From contig CM052817.1 of NCBI GenBank assembly GCA_028534125.1, positions 75,022,001 to 75,086,000 on the forward strand: 64,000 bases of DNA. Reading direction: 5' to 3'. The position numbers and the translations under genes are program-made. The DNA comes from Lama glama (taxonomy: Eukaryota). A model generated the notes under the pieces. It was given only the letters and a program-made list of their open reading frames with translations. It ran no database searches and had not been told where the DNA came from. Position 1 is the first letter of the stretch; each line of letters opens with the position of its first letter. Shown here one piece after another: positions 1 to 12,518 of this stretch.

Positions 1-97
1 GTGTTCTTGCACTGGCTACTTCTTAAGTAACTGTAATTCAAAATAATCAATATGCCACTTTGGCACATTTTGGGGCCACTTGCCCTGAGCTCCAACA
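1..97 (-). mobile_element. Terminal fragment of an ERV1-class LTR (MER34/MER39-like), cut by the window edge
   Basis: 'aaaataatcaatatgccactttggcacattttggggccacttgccctgagctccaaca' resembles the reverse complement of the TG...GCCACCCCAAAATATGCC... start of ERV1 LTRs. It ends in CA directly against the MER21 LTR. Confidence 0.55.
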
Positions 98-900
98 ATA
101 TATATTGGTTTCTGCCCTCCAGTTCCTGGGACAGAGGTCCTAAATTCCTCTTAATTTCCTGGGTGATATGAAAGTCTTTTGTTCTAATGAGGCAACTCTT
201 AATGGGTTCCTAGATGGGAGCTGGACACCAGAAAGACCAAATAATAATTAGAAGCTTGGAACTTTCAGCTCAGCCCTGTCCTCTGGGGAAGGGGAGAAGG
301 GCTAGAAATATTGATCATGACTATGAAGGAAGCCTCTGTAAATCTCCCCAAAGTATGAGGTTCGGAGAGCTTCCAGGCTTGTGAACTCATCCACTCACCG
401 GGAGAGTAACACACCCCAACTCCATGAGGACAGAAGCTCCTACTCTCAGGACCCTACCAGTCCTTGCCCAATGTGTCTCTTCATCGAGCTGTTCATCTGG
501 GTCCTCTATCACATAATAAACTGGAAAATCTAAGTAAATATTTCCCTGAGTTCTGTGAGATGTTCCTGCAAATAATCAAATCCAAGGTGGGGACATCATG
601 GGAAGCTCCGATTTGCAGCTGAGTTGGACAGCGCTGGAGACCTACCATTTGCCACTGGAGCTGAAAAGGGGAGTGGTCCTGTGGGACTCAGACCTTAACC
701 TGCGGGGTCTGTGCTAATCCTGGTTAGTGTCAAATTGGAATTGTAAGACACCCAGGTGGTGTCCCAAAGCAGTGCTTGGTGTGTGTGTGTGTTGGGGGGA
801 ACCTCATACACTGGTGTCAGGTGTCAGAAGTGTTATGAGAACGGTAGAGTGTGACAGCAAAGGAGAAACACACAGAGGGGAAGTAGGTTTTCTATACACC
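98..900 (+). mobile_element. MER21-like (ERVL-class) solo LTR
   Basis: Diagnostic segments 'ggaactttcagc', 'ggttcggagagcttccagg', 'aataaactgg...aagtaaatatttccctgagttctgtgag' and 'gtgggactcagaccttaacctgcggggtctgtgctaa' match recalled MER21 consensus. Confidence 0.8.
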
Positions 901-2020
901 TGTCTAGCACTGTGACCCTTTAAAAAAATAAAAAAGAAAGGCTAGGCAGAGTGCAAGCGGTAGGAACATGAACTTAAGCATCTTGGAAAAGTCAAATAAG
1001 ACAATGGAGATTGTTTTAAAAGACACACATATGTTAAATGAGTCATATCAAATTAAGAATATTCATTTAAGGATAATGGTGAAGGCATTAAAATGCTGCT
1101 CCAGAAGTCTAAAAACATGTGGCATCTGTTCTTAAGGAGTCTAGATGACAGCCTAAAATGTTCATTTTACCTAAATATAATCCATTGTGAAGGACAAACC
1201 TGAGACCAGTTAGCAACAAATGACACTAAAAAGTGCTCTTAACCCAGTTTCCATTTCCACCATGATGCTGGCTTTTCGGTACAGAATGAATGAGCAACTG
1301 TGTGGGTGCCTGAGTAAGTTGCATCTGTGAAGAATTGACATTTCCTTAAGCACCAGATCAAGCAAGTTAAATAGGACTTGATCCCAATTCTGCTAAATCT
1401 GCCTTTCACATATTCTAATGAATCTATTGTTAAAAATTTGTAAATTTATTTCAGCAACAATCTATCGCAGAATTTGGGCTGTGTGAATCCTGTGCAGACT
1501 GCGGTGAGAAATAGAGGCTTTTTTTAAGGTGTGCCTTTCCTTGTTCTCATTCTTTTCTTTCCTTTCTTTTTTTTACTTCTAATCTTCCAAGTGTGACTCA
1601 ACATCAATGGTAGTGGAATAAACGTCTCCCAGAATTTCCCTATCTTTTAAGATTAGATACTATGAAGAGATTATTATTTTGCCTATCTGTTTTAAAATCA
1701 TTCTTTGACTTATTTGCAAACTGTTAGTATATTTTCTAAAATACAGTCTGCAGAGTCCATTTACCAAGGGTTCTCAATCATTGTAAATTTTTAGTGATCT
1801 CTGGCAGCAGCAGAGAAATCAGTAAACAAACTAACTGCAGGTACTACTGTAGTTACTACTATTTTGGGGCAGGAAGGAAATGCAGAAGTAAGCCAAGGGC
1901 TAGGAATCACAATTACTGTACACATGACCGTTTCTTTCTTGAAAGTGATCTGATGAACTATACAGATCATCAAAGAGGCTCTTAAAGCTCAGCTGAAATT
2001 GAAAAGAAAAGAAAAAGAAA

Positions 2021-2130
2021 ACATTTACCAGCATTCAGTGAATAGCTACTACTTGCCAGTCATTATGCTACATTTTTTGCATCCATCTTGTTTAGCCATT
2101 ATATGTCTATTTTTAAAATGAAGAAATTGA
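2021..2130 (-). mobile_element. MIR SINE fragment
   Basis: 'ctactacttgccagtcattatgcta...tatttttaaaatgaagaaattgaga' is a degenerate MIR core in reverse orientation. Confidence 0.45.
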
Positions 2131-2689
2131 GATTTGGATTGCGTAAGAGAAAGACAGATTATACCACTAATGATTTGTGATGCTAAAGTTCTATTTACTC
2201 ACCATTGTACTGATGAGAAAAAACAAGAATTAAGTTAGGTGAAACCAAAACTTTAGCAGTTAGCATAATGAAGTACTTTAACCCAGATATCAGCAAGTTT
2301 TATTTCAACTCTAAAAATTCAGATATTTAAAGCTATAAATATCTAACAGAAATTCAGAAAACATCCAGAAGTGAATTGGATCAGCTCAAAAGAAGCTGTG
2401 TTGTAAGTTGGGATGAATAAGAATTTGCAATAATTTGACTAACTTTGACATCTTGTGATACATGACAGGGAAAATATATTTTATCAAGTATCCTGCTTCT
2501 GTATGCTTCAAGAATTTTTGTTTGTCCTTAACAATATTATAAAGAATTAGCTTATACTTCATATTAATAAAGCAGTGTTTTTAATGAAAATTAAGACATT
2601 TATCCATTTATTGAAATATATTAATGACATCTTCATTCTTTAGAAGAGAATTCTAAAATTTATAACTATATTTCAAGAGAGATTTTTTT

Positions 2690-2904
2690 TTAGATTATAG
2701 GTCACCATCACATAAAAGAAAATGAAATAGACCAGAATAGAAATATTGATGTACTTCATGAAGGATAAAGATAAGTAGTGCTTTAGGAAACGTGTTTGTT
2801 CATTTTGTGTGTGTGTGTGTGTGTGTGTCTATTTGTGTTTCTGGATCTCAATGTAAGATTATTTTTCTTTCTGAGTAAGGGTCAGAAGTGTTTGAGAAAC
2901 ACTG
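2690..2904. mobile_element. Ancient hAT-Charlie non-autonomous DNA transposon fragment containing a (TG)n tract
   Basis: Ends in the Charlie-type terminus 'gtttgagaaacactg'. The internal part resembles the reverse complement of the element at ~39570-39795. Confidence 0.5.
2806..2828. repeat. (TG)n microsatellite
   Basis: About 11 perfect TG units, seen directly. Confidence 0.95.
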
Positions 2905-3546
2905 TGCAAGAGGGCACAGCTAATTCAAATCGTTTAACCTGGTTTTAAGAGAATTATAAATACCACGGAGGTTTTAGCTGAATGATTCCAAGTGGTTCCT
3001 GAAAACATCCATTATTGTTTCAACAGAATTTGAAACTAGAAATTGGTTGATATCATATGGTTTTGGTCACTTGAAGCTCCTTTCAGCGTCAGTGACGCAA
3101 AATACTGTGGTATTATATTTGGGCAACGACCATAACTGCATATATAAGTTTTTTCAAATAAAGGTCCAAAGTGATTAGTAATTGTTATATTTAATCAAAA
3201 TCAAAGGTGTATGCTTAGTTTATGATTTTATGCAATAATGATCTTTTCTACCCTTGTAAATAATCAATTGACTGTTACCTAACTTTTAAACACTTCATAT
3301 TTTGTTGATTTCAGTGACATAATATACATTTATTTGAGTCCCCAAACTGGGCATTTATATCAGTGCAAACTCCTAAAATTGTTATTTCAAACATAATAAT
3401 AGTATTACTGCCATCATATTATATTGTAACATATTACTAGGTATATAGTTCTGAGCTATCAGCAATATTCACACTTCAAAAGATTATGAAGGCAAATCAG
3501 TAAATAGAAGAGTAAATATCAGGTGATGTCTTCTCTCACCATATCC

Positions 3547-3570
3547 TATATATATATATATATATATATA
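3547..3570. repeat. (TA)12 microsatellite
   Basis: Seen directly. Confidence 0.95.
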
Positions 3571-3858
3571 GTTTATTTGCCGTGTTCCTAGGTCTTATTT
3601 TCTAAAGCAGAGAAACATATAATTTTTCAAAATGAAGAATCTAGTTTTTAAAAATCAAACCACAAATATCTGTGTATTTATCTTGCTCATTAGAAAAACA
3701 TGGGAACTTTGAGAAGGAAAATATTAAATGGACATTTATTCTGTTTTGCCACATATGAGTTTTATAGTAGCAGAAATGCTATTTGTACCCAAGTCGGGTG
3801 ACCTAGTAATCATTGTTTAAAACTCTGTTTTATTTTAATATTCAAAATTTCATTATTG

Positions 3859-4202
3859 GGGGTTGAGCCAAGATGGTGGCGTGGAGAGACTCACAGCTCG
3901 CCCTCTCCCACAAATACACCAAGAATTACATCTACAAACCCACTGAATCGCACAGAACACCTGCTGAACTCTGGCAGGGTGTCTCTCATTTCAAAATACA
4001 GGATGATTCTCACAAAATCTGATAAACAAGAAGTTTATACTGTATAGCACAAGGAACTGTAACTTACGGTGAAAAAGAATATGGAAACAAATGTATGTAT
4101 GCTCCTATATGGCTGAAGTATTGTGCTGTACACCAGAAATTGACACTACATTGTAAACTGACTATACTTCAATAAAAACATATTAAAAAGCCAAAAACCC
4201 CC
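3859..4202 (+). mobile_element. Short L1-derived retroposon: L1 5'-UTR start (3859-4021) fused to L1 3'-UTR end (4022-~4180) plus A-rich tail, with TSD
   Basis: Starts GGGG..CCAAGATGG (L1 5' YY1-type motif). The 3' part is homologous to the L1 3' end at 16466-16629. AATAAA at 4171. Flanked by caaaatttcattattg (3843-3858) and caaaattcattattg (4202-4216). Confidence 0.85.
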
Positions 4203-5184
4203 AAAATTCATTATTGATTTTTTGCCTTAACAGTACTGAAATAATATCTTCAGTATGGTCCACAATTAAATAGAATTAAACAGCTTTGGAATGCCTGTAT
4301 CCATCCTAAAGGTACCTGAAATCTAGAAAATTCCCTTAAAAACTTGAGATGACTTTCAATAGATCTGTAGCTTCTGTCTCATTTTCGGCTAGATTTGGGG
4401 GTATTATACACCATGGGGCATTCATGACCCAAGTAAGACCAGAGGCTGTGTTAAATTCAGTTCAAGTTTGGAGATGCTCCTATTTTCTCCCTTAGGTGAG
4501 AAACAAAGACATTCATCCAACATTCATTCAACACATAAATTTAATAACCTTTATTAAGAGCCTACTATTTTGCAGGCACATCTGCATATTCAACTGTATA
4601 TAATATCATCATGAAAAACACCAAATTTACTTTGCTTTCATTTGTTCTTAATTTCTTCTATTTACTATCTATTCTCCTTTCATCTCTAGAAAGTCTCCCC
4701 ACCTTTTTTTTTTTAGTAGTGGATGGTTTTTAAGTTACTGGTGTAAAGCTTGTGCTAATAGAATTAATGTGAAGAGTGTGGGCATTAACAATATTTCCAT
4801 TTCTTATCTCCATTTTATTTCCTCTCAATATTAACAATTTATAGGAGAGCTATGAAAGATAACTGAGGAAATACAATGTCATGGTATGCTTCCTTATTTA
4901 GACGTAATCTTTATTAACAATTTTCTCTCAAAAACAGGCCCTTTTTCTATAAATTGTCTCATCTACAAAGATAATTTGAAAAATATTTTTTAAAAAACTG
5001 ACAGTCCTACTTTTTTTCTTTACCCAATGTATGTAAATTGCCTACTACAAAAGCATGCAAAATTTGAAAACCCAGGAAAATAAAAATAATATGAATATTG
5101 CTTAACAAAAAACCTCATGTATTTCTTTCTAGTCCTTTCACTTTATGTAATTTATTTTTTTGTAGTTGTCATTACAAAACATAC

Positions 5185-5313
5185 TTTTTTAAAGATTTTT
5201 TTATTGATTTATAATCATTTTACAATGTTGTGTCAAATTCCAGTGTAGAGTACAATTTTTCAGTTATACATGAACATATGTATATTTATTGTCACATTTT
5301 TTCTCTGTGAGCT
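5185..5313 (-). mobile_element. Severely 5'-truncated lineage-specific (camelid-type) L1 3' end
   Basis: Poly-T followed by 'ttattgatttataatcattttacaatgttgtgtcaaattccagtgtagag' (reverse L1 3' terminus). TSD aaaacatac at 5176-5184 and 5315-5323. Confidence 0.85.
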
Positions 5314-6350
5314 AAAAACATACATTTTTTATTCTATCTTTTAACTTAAAATTAGAACATAACTTGTTATAATAAAAGGGAAACATGTTTGAGAAATCCT
5401 TATATCTATCATTATTTTTTCATTTCTGTTGCCCCAACTTGTTATGTTTTGATGATTTCAGTAACTTCGTAAGCCTGGTAGCTCCACTACTTAACTCCCT
5501 AACAAAGAAAATAGAAAGTGAGGGTTGAACTAGTTGAACGCCACCCAAGGAGCGAAGGTGCTCACATCAGTGTTTCCCAAACCTAAAGAATCGCTCAATT
5601 TACTGATTTGCTTCCTGATTCTGTAGAAAATGTATATTGCTTGTAAAGTCATTTCTTTTTCCTTCTGTCTTTACCTCTTTCCTAGAAATTCAGCTTCTCT
5701 TTTCTGAGGATTTAGTCAAAATCCGGGGCTAACCATGTATGTAATTTGATCTAAACAACATTTGCATATGTTTTGTCTAGTAATTATAATATTTTAATAT
5801 CTGAATGGCTTTAGTCTATCCCATTTGCTCACTACTTTAAGTCTATCTGCCTGGCCTCTGTTTATCTTAGTTTAAGATTCCAGATAAACTCTCCTTAACA
5901 AATTTAACTCACATCCATCTTTGTAAAATTTCCTCTTACAGTTACCCCCACACCCAATACTAGCAACTGCCTTCCTCTTTCTTTGCACCATTACAGTCAA
6001 ACCCTTATGCTTTCTCTTGCACAGTCCTTTCATCCTGTTATTCCTGCACTTTACGTGCTGAACAATCTGCAGTTCTAGAATGATCAATATGTCTCTCCTA
6101 TTTCTAAGTTTGACCAGCTCGATTTCACCTTTAGAAATTCAGTTTAGATAAAACCACATCAAGAAATTCCCTCTCCCTTCCTCGCCCTGCAACAGCTGGT
6201 TCAGATGGGTGTGTCTCCATTGTGCAATCCCAGTGCCGCCTCTATTAAAGGGCATTCCAGTTTAATTATCCATGAATTTCCATGGAGCCAGGGGACGGTG
6301 ATTTATTCCGAATTGAGCCTTCAGCATGTTGTAGACCACCTTGTATATCA

Positions 6351-6808
6351 TATCTTAACAAAACAAAATGATACCTAAAGGTGGTCAGGCAACCTTTATT
6401 CGGGTATAGGGACCACTGCAGTGGGGTTTTATGGTGGGGGAGAGAGTTGGCGCTAAAATCCAAGTACAGTATGGACAAGCAGGAATTTATAGACAAGCAG
6501 CAGAGTGGGAGTCAGTGCCTGGAAACTTACTAAGAGGAAACATTATATGTAAGGGTGGTTCTATCTAAAACTCCCTAACAGGATTCTTGGTGAAGGCAGA
6601 GAAGGGTTATCAATATCATCTAGGGGACGGTGGAGGATGGGAAACCTGATCAGATACTGAGGGTGACCAGATATTAAGAGTGAGGGGTTCTGGTTGAATG
6701 GAGTTAGCAGGATTCTTGCTAAAATGAGATTTTCCAAAGAATGTGCACACCTGGGAGAAGGTTCAGAAGCCTGCCTAAAGTCTAGTCAAGAAGAGAGTCT
6801 TTTTCACA
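6351..6808 (-). mobile_element. MER31-like ERV1 solo LTR
   Basis: 'tatagggaccactgcagtggggtttt', 'ttactaagaggaaacat', 'aacaggattcttg', 'tgatcagata', 'gcaggattcttgctaaaa' and 'gcctaaagtctagtcaagaagagagtctt' match the reverse of recalled MER31 consensus. Confidence 0.8.
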
Positions 6809-7724
6809 TGCACAAAATAATCATGCTAAGTCAATTTATTCACATCTTTCATATATTAACCTTCTTTCTCTACCCCAAGGAGCAGTTCATATGCTTTCCA
6901 GAGACTTGCAGTGTGGGAGAACAAGTCTGCGCTTCAGTTTCTTCATTGGAAAAAGAAAGGAACTTAGCCGTTTATCTTTCTATTTCCATGTATCCATCCA
7001 AAAGGGGAGATGTGAAAGGCTACTCATCAAAAGATTGATCATCTTTTCCTTATACTTTTCTATATTTAAATTTTCTGTAGGATCTATGTACTATCTTCAT
7101 AAAATATGTAAGGAAAATTTTAAAGGAGGTGAATTTCATAACATTAAGATTGCTTCAAAATCATTAAATTCTATAATCTTGTGAATAAGAAGCCATCCCT
7201 ATTCATGTTAGTCCTTGGTAATCCTTCTTCCTGTAAATAGCTGGAGAATATGTTGCCCATATCTTTTTTGTGATAATTTTACATTTTTATTTAATTGATT
7301 TACACATCTTCCCATGATGATTGCGGGTACATTTTCAATAGCCTAGTCTGTATATTAATTTCTTTTCACACTAAAATACTTTCTCTCTCCTCAAGCATAA
7401 CCCAAAACTAAATTAGACATGTAGTTGAACCTTAGTAATCTTGACTAAATCAGTTAAATTGATATTCCATGTTATGATATTTGTAACCGTCCTACTGGAG
7501 AAATGATTTCAGAAGTTAAGCCTAAGGTTTTGAAAACCGGAAAATCAATTGCACCAAATTATCTCTTAAGTTTACTTATGACTAGGATATTATGATACAT
7601 CAGTTGTTTCTGAAGAGTCCAAATTCATCAGAAGATATTATATATGTAAGTAATTCTTTAAAAATACCAAATTTGTATTAATCTGTTATTGAAAAGGAGA
7701 ATAAAATACTTGGATTAAAAAGGC

Positions 7725-8138
7725 TGTCAGGATCCCCACATGTCAAAGTTTTGTCTCCCCCTGAGACAGGCTGTGGTATCTCCGATCAACTTGAGTCTTT
7801 AGGGAGTGGCAAACACGCACTCATGGATTTGTCTGGGATGATCTGCAACATTTTCTCAAGGCCCTCATGCACATGGAGCACTGGGGGTATAGGAAGCCAC
7901 AGCTCTGCATGCACACCAGTGTTTCCACGGTGGGCACCTGCAGCGGTGGCCTTGCTGAGACATTCAGTGATTTCTGGGCATTGAGACTGGTGACAGGCAG
8001 GAAAGCCAGGATAGATCCACCATTTGACAAGCACAAGTGAGACCCTGAAGGACACAGAAATGACTGCATGACAAGAGAGAGGAGCCAGTAATTCATAGGA
8101 TATTATTATTAACCAGACCCCATTTGTGCCCCCACACA
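7725..8138. mobile_element. Possible old solo LTR, family not recognised
   Basis: ~410 bp GC-richer block bounded by TG...CA inside AT-rich DNA. No TSD or coding similarity recognised. Confidence 0.25.
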
Positions 8139-9771
8139 GTGGAAGTCTGGAAAGTTTTGGATTATATTAATATTAGTATATTGTCCCCCAGAATTTACTT
8201 TGTCTCAGTCTTTCATTTTATGAATATAATGATAAATGTTATTTTTTCTGCCTTAATCATTAACTTCCTACTTAAATTTTCTAAAAGATTTTTTCTAACA
8301 AACTTTTCTCATAGTCCTCAATCTTGCATTGTAGAGAAATGAAAAGATTTTTCACTAGGCACACACTTGCTACAAAAACCGCATAAAGTCTCCTTTGCCA
8401 GTTGGGTGACCCATGCTACAGAATTGTGCTCACTGCTTTTTTAACAATTAAAAGAATACTTACAACTAATTTTTTTACAATGTAAGCAAAGTTATTACAA
8501 ATACTAGGAGATGAAGTATTATAATTAGTTCATTTTTCATAAAGTTTAAAACTACAATAAAATGTAGTATGTTTTTTAAAAAAACAGCAAAATGTTAAAT
8601 ACTCTAGTCAACATTTGTTTAAAAACAGAGGACATACAAAAGGTTAATCAATCATATTTGCCATTTGTTTTTCTAGAATTCAAAATGTTAATCTAAATAT
8701 TGCTGTATCACATTTATCTGAAAAGAGAAAATACAACATTTGCTTTTGAAAATGCATTATTCCTGTATTTCTAAGCAATCCTTGAGTCTCCTGGCTTTTT
8801 CAACACAAGAGGGCGATATGTTCTTGCTTTTATTGCAAAAATAGACCCATAGTGCTTCCTCTTCCAGCTTAAGTGCTAAGTATCTGAGCTCAGAGCTCAC
8901 AGGTAACTTTGCTCTCAGGAGAGTATCCTGCTGCTGAGATGAAAGAAACATCACTGATTTTTACTGTTAAAACACCAATTATGCCACAACTATATGCTGA
9001 TACATTATTTAATGTCTTCTTCATATTTGAAATAAACAACCAGTATTATATTGCTTGTATAACTCTGTTTCTGAATTCTCATTTCTGTTTTTTAATTAAA
9101 TATATATATTTTTTGCTGTTGTGCCCCCCAAAAGATAAATGAACTATCAGCTCTTCTTAATAGCTTGCTAATTTTTGCAAACTCTTAAGATCTAAATCTT
9201 TTTCTTAAGGGGACAGAAGTATAATATCTATAAATCAAAGATGTATAAAACCAGTTTTACGATATGTTGTTTCCAAATTAGCATTTTCTCTAGGATATAT
9301 GCATTTGTATCTTAAGTAAATATAATAATATGCTTTTTTGTGTGTAACAGAATTACCATTCAGTTTTACATTTCTCTAATATGCAATCATGCTTGTGCAA
9401 TAATTTCATTTTTCTTAAAAGACATGATTTTTGAAGATTTGAATCTCCTTAAATGATTAACTCCTTTTAACAATCTTAAGAGTAAACAAGTAGCATAAAA
9501 TGAATAATAAGCACAACTTAGACACAAAAGAGAAGTGTAAACACCATGATCTAGTCATCTCCCAATTTAAAAATTTCTTAAAGTATTTTTAGAGACTAAG
9601 AAATGATGTTCAATATCACAGAATATATCGTAAATGAGTACTAAATCAGATGGTAATATAACTTACGAACTATAATTGGAATTTAAACATCAAGGTAATT
9701 GAAAAACACAATCCAAAAATAGTTCTTAATTAGATTTAGTTACATAATTCTGTTCATATGACAGTTAAGGC

Positions 9772-9791
9772 CACACACACACACACACACC
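9772..9791. repeat. (CA)n microsatellite
   Basis: About 10 CA units, seen directly. Confidence 0.9.
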
Positions 9792-9933
9792 CCCAAATCA
9801 TAAAGGTCCATTTGGAAAAAGTGTCCATAGGCAAAATATTGCACAAACAGCATTGTCATTATTGAGATTAGTTCTTGAAGAGACTCTTTTACTGATGTCT
9901 CTGGACCATGGACGTAAGTGAAGACAGCCTAAC

Positions 9934-10053
9934 CTAAAGGGAATCTGCTCTGGACCAGTTTCTTCACTTCACTGGGTTCTGATTCCAAGTCTGGTAGTGG
10001 TACATCTGAGAAGACACTTTTAGTTGGCACGTCCATGCTTTGACTGAGGGGAG
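9934..10053 (-). other. Candidate 120-nt internal exon of the minus-strand transcript (unverified)
   Basis: On the minus strand: ...tatttcccag|CTCCCC...CCCTTTAG|gttagg. Length is divisible by 3, it is open in frame, and it holds a strong-Kozak ATG (AGCATGG at 10036). The acceptor tract is weak. Confidence 0.25.
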
Positions 10054-10139
10054 CTGGGAAATAATTATCTAGTATGTAAAGTGAAGAAGTGGAAACTTCT
10101 AAAATCATGAATTTCTCAAACATAGGAAGAGTATTCAAA

Positions 10140-12072
10140 TTGTTGAACAGAGCAAAGATAAAGTAATTGATACAATGTAATTTAATCTAAATGACCTTAA
10201 ATACATAAAATTGTAATAATAAAGCCTTAGGGGATTAAAAATAAAATCAAAGCCTAATTGAAAGAAATAAGAACAATACCTTAGAAGTCAGAAGGGAGTA
10301 AATGAAGTAAGATGTTCTAAGAACCCTGTATTAAGGTCATGATATTAATTGACTTCAGATGTTGTTAAGTGTGCATATTTTGATTGCTAATGAAACCAAT
10401 AAAGAATACATATCCAAAGGAGCAGAGAAGAAATAATGAAATGTAAGAAAATATTCAATTAAGAAAAGAATAAAGGGGAGGAAAAGAAACCTAAAATAGG
10501 TAAGACTAATGTAAAACACAAAATGAATAGGTCTCTTTATGTTAGTAATTACATTCAATACAAATAAATTATCTTTTAAAAACAAAGATTGTCAGATTGA
10601 CTAAAAAAACCTCACAAATCCAATTGTATGTTGTTTAAAATAAAAAAGAATATATGAAAGTAAATATCTGGAAAAAGGTATATCAGAAATATTTTAATTA
10701 AAAGAAAACTGATAAAGCTGTGTAAATATCAGGAAGTTAGAGTTAAGGCAAAAACAATTACTAGAGATACAGAAATCACTTTAAAATAAAAAATTCAATT
10801 CACTAGGAAGTCATTAAAATTTAAATTTGAATGCATCTGATATCATAACCTCAAATATGTAAAGCAGAAACAAGCCAAACTACAAGGTGTCATTTACAAA
10901 TTCCCAATTGTAGAGGATGGGTTTGGCATTTCTCAAAAGTAAATTGAAAATTTGGATAGAAGATTAGTAAGATTAAGAATACCTAAGCAACGCAATTAAC
11001 AAATTTGCTCTAAAAGACATACTTAAAGTATGGTGCTCAACAGCTGTAGAATGCATATTGAACTTGAAGATATTTACAAAAATTAGTCTCATACTGAGTC
11101 CCAAGGAAGTCTCAGTAAATTTCAGAGAACTAAAAACCACACAGAGATGTACTGTAAGCATGTTATAATTGATTTCAAAACTAACAACAAAACAACTAGA
11201 AAATTCTAATTTATTACAAACTTAAGAAACATAATCCTAAATAACTTAAGGCAAAGAAAAAGATGAATATATATTATATGTTTAAAATTATATCCAAAAT
11301 AACATATATCAAAATTTGTGAATTATGCTATCATAATAGAGAATTTTAGAGCCTTAGAAACAGGTACTCGAAAAAAGTGAAAATTAATGAGCTAATAAGC
11401 TTAGCATTCTTCTCAAGAAATTAGAAAATAATAAAATAATAACAGACGGTAGAAGAAAAGACATAACAGAGATGAACTGAAAATAATCAAATAAAAATAC
11501 AATAAAAAACAAACCTAAAACTTGGTTCTTTTAAAAAGGCTAGTCAATTTGACAAGCTTTAAGATAAAAAGAGATGAATAACATATAAAATATAGGGATG
11601 AGAATGAGAAGATAACATTTCCTTCAGATATTAAAAAATAAAATTATTGATGAATTGAAGAGAAAATGTTTTAATTTCAAGAGTTTAAGTAAATGAACTT
11701 TTGAGAAAATGTAGCTTAATAAAACTGATATAAAAGAAGCCTCAAAATGAATAAAGCAAAATACAAGCATTTGAACAGTCAAAAATATTTCCACAAAGAA
11801 CACTCCAGGAACTGATTCTTTCACCATAAGGTTCTATCAAAGCCTCAAGGAACAAATAATTCCAATCTTATACAGTCTTTTTTAGAGAAGTGAAAAAAAA
11901 CTAATACCTGTCAATCCCATTTTATCAGGCTACTGTAACCTTGATAGTAGTAACTGATGAAGGGATAATATGAAAAAGGAAATCGTAGGGAATACGACCC
12001 AAGAATATAAGATGCAAAAATTCTAAACAAAGTATTTATAAAGCAAACCAGCGATCTATAAAAAAGCTGAGA
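10140..12072 (+). mobile_element. Ancient L1M fragment (region upstream of ORF2, endonuclease and start of RT), heavily decayed
   Basis: A-rich L1 strand with recognisable relics: 'aaagattgtcagattga', 'ccaattgtatgttgttt', 'attttaaatttgaatgcatctgatatcataacctcaaatatgtaaagcagaaac', 'actccaggaactgattctttcacc', 'gatgcaaaaattctaaacaaagtatt'. A short continuation follows the MLT1 insertion (12524-12565). Confidence 0.85.
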
Positions 12073-12077
12073 GTAGC

Positions 12078-12518
12078 TCCTGCGGGCTGACTTGTGTCCC
12101 TCCCCGAATTTGTACATGGAAGTCCTCACTCCAAGTACTTCAGAATCTTATATGGAAATGAGACTATTACAGGCGTGACTAAGTAAGTTAAGATGCAGTC
12201 ATACTGGAGTAAGGTAGATCCCTAAACCCATATGAATGGTGAAAAGGAAAGTGTAAAATGGGGAAATTTAACACAAACACATGCAAAGGGAGAATGCCAT
12301 GCGAAGACTGGAATTATGCTGCCACAAACCAAGGAATTGTCAGAAGCCGCAGGCAGGCCTGAAACAGACCCTTCCCGAGTGCCTTCAGAGGGAGCAGGGC
12401 TCTGCTGACACCCTGATCTCAGACTTCCAGTCTCCAGAACTGTGTGACAATAAACTTCTGTTGTTTAAGCTCCTCAGTTTGTGCTACTTTATTATGGTAG
12501 CCCTAGAAAACTAATTTA
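12078..12518 (+). mobile_element. MLT1B/C-like MaLR solo LTR inserted in L1M
   Basis: Typical MLT1 motifs ('gacaccctgatctcagacttccagtctccagaactgtgtgacaataaacttctgttgtttaagc...gccctagaaaactaat'). 5-bp TSD GTAGC at 12073-12077 and 12519-12523. Confidence 0.9.

Noticed and set aside
8757..8954. Minus-strand acceptor-like site (tttctttcatctcag) with an ORF
   Set aside because: No convincing downstream donor and no recognisable peptide.
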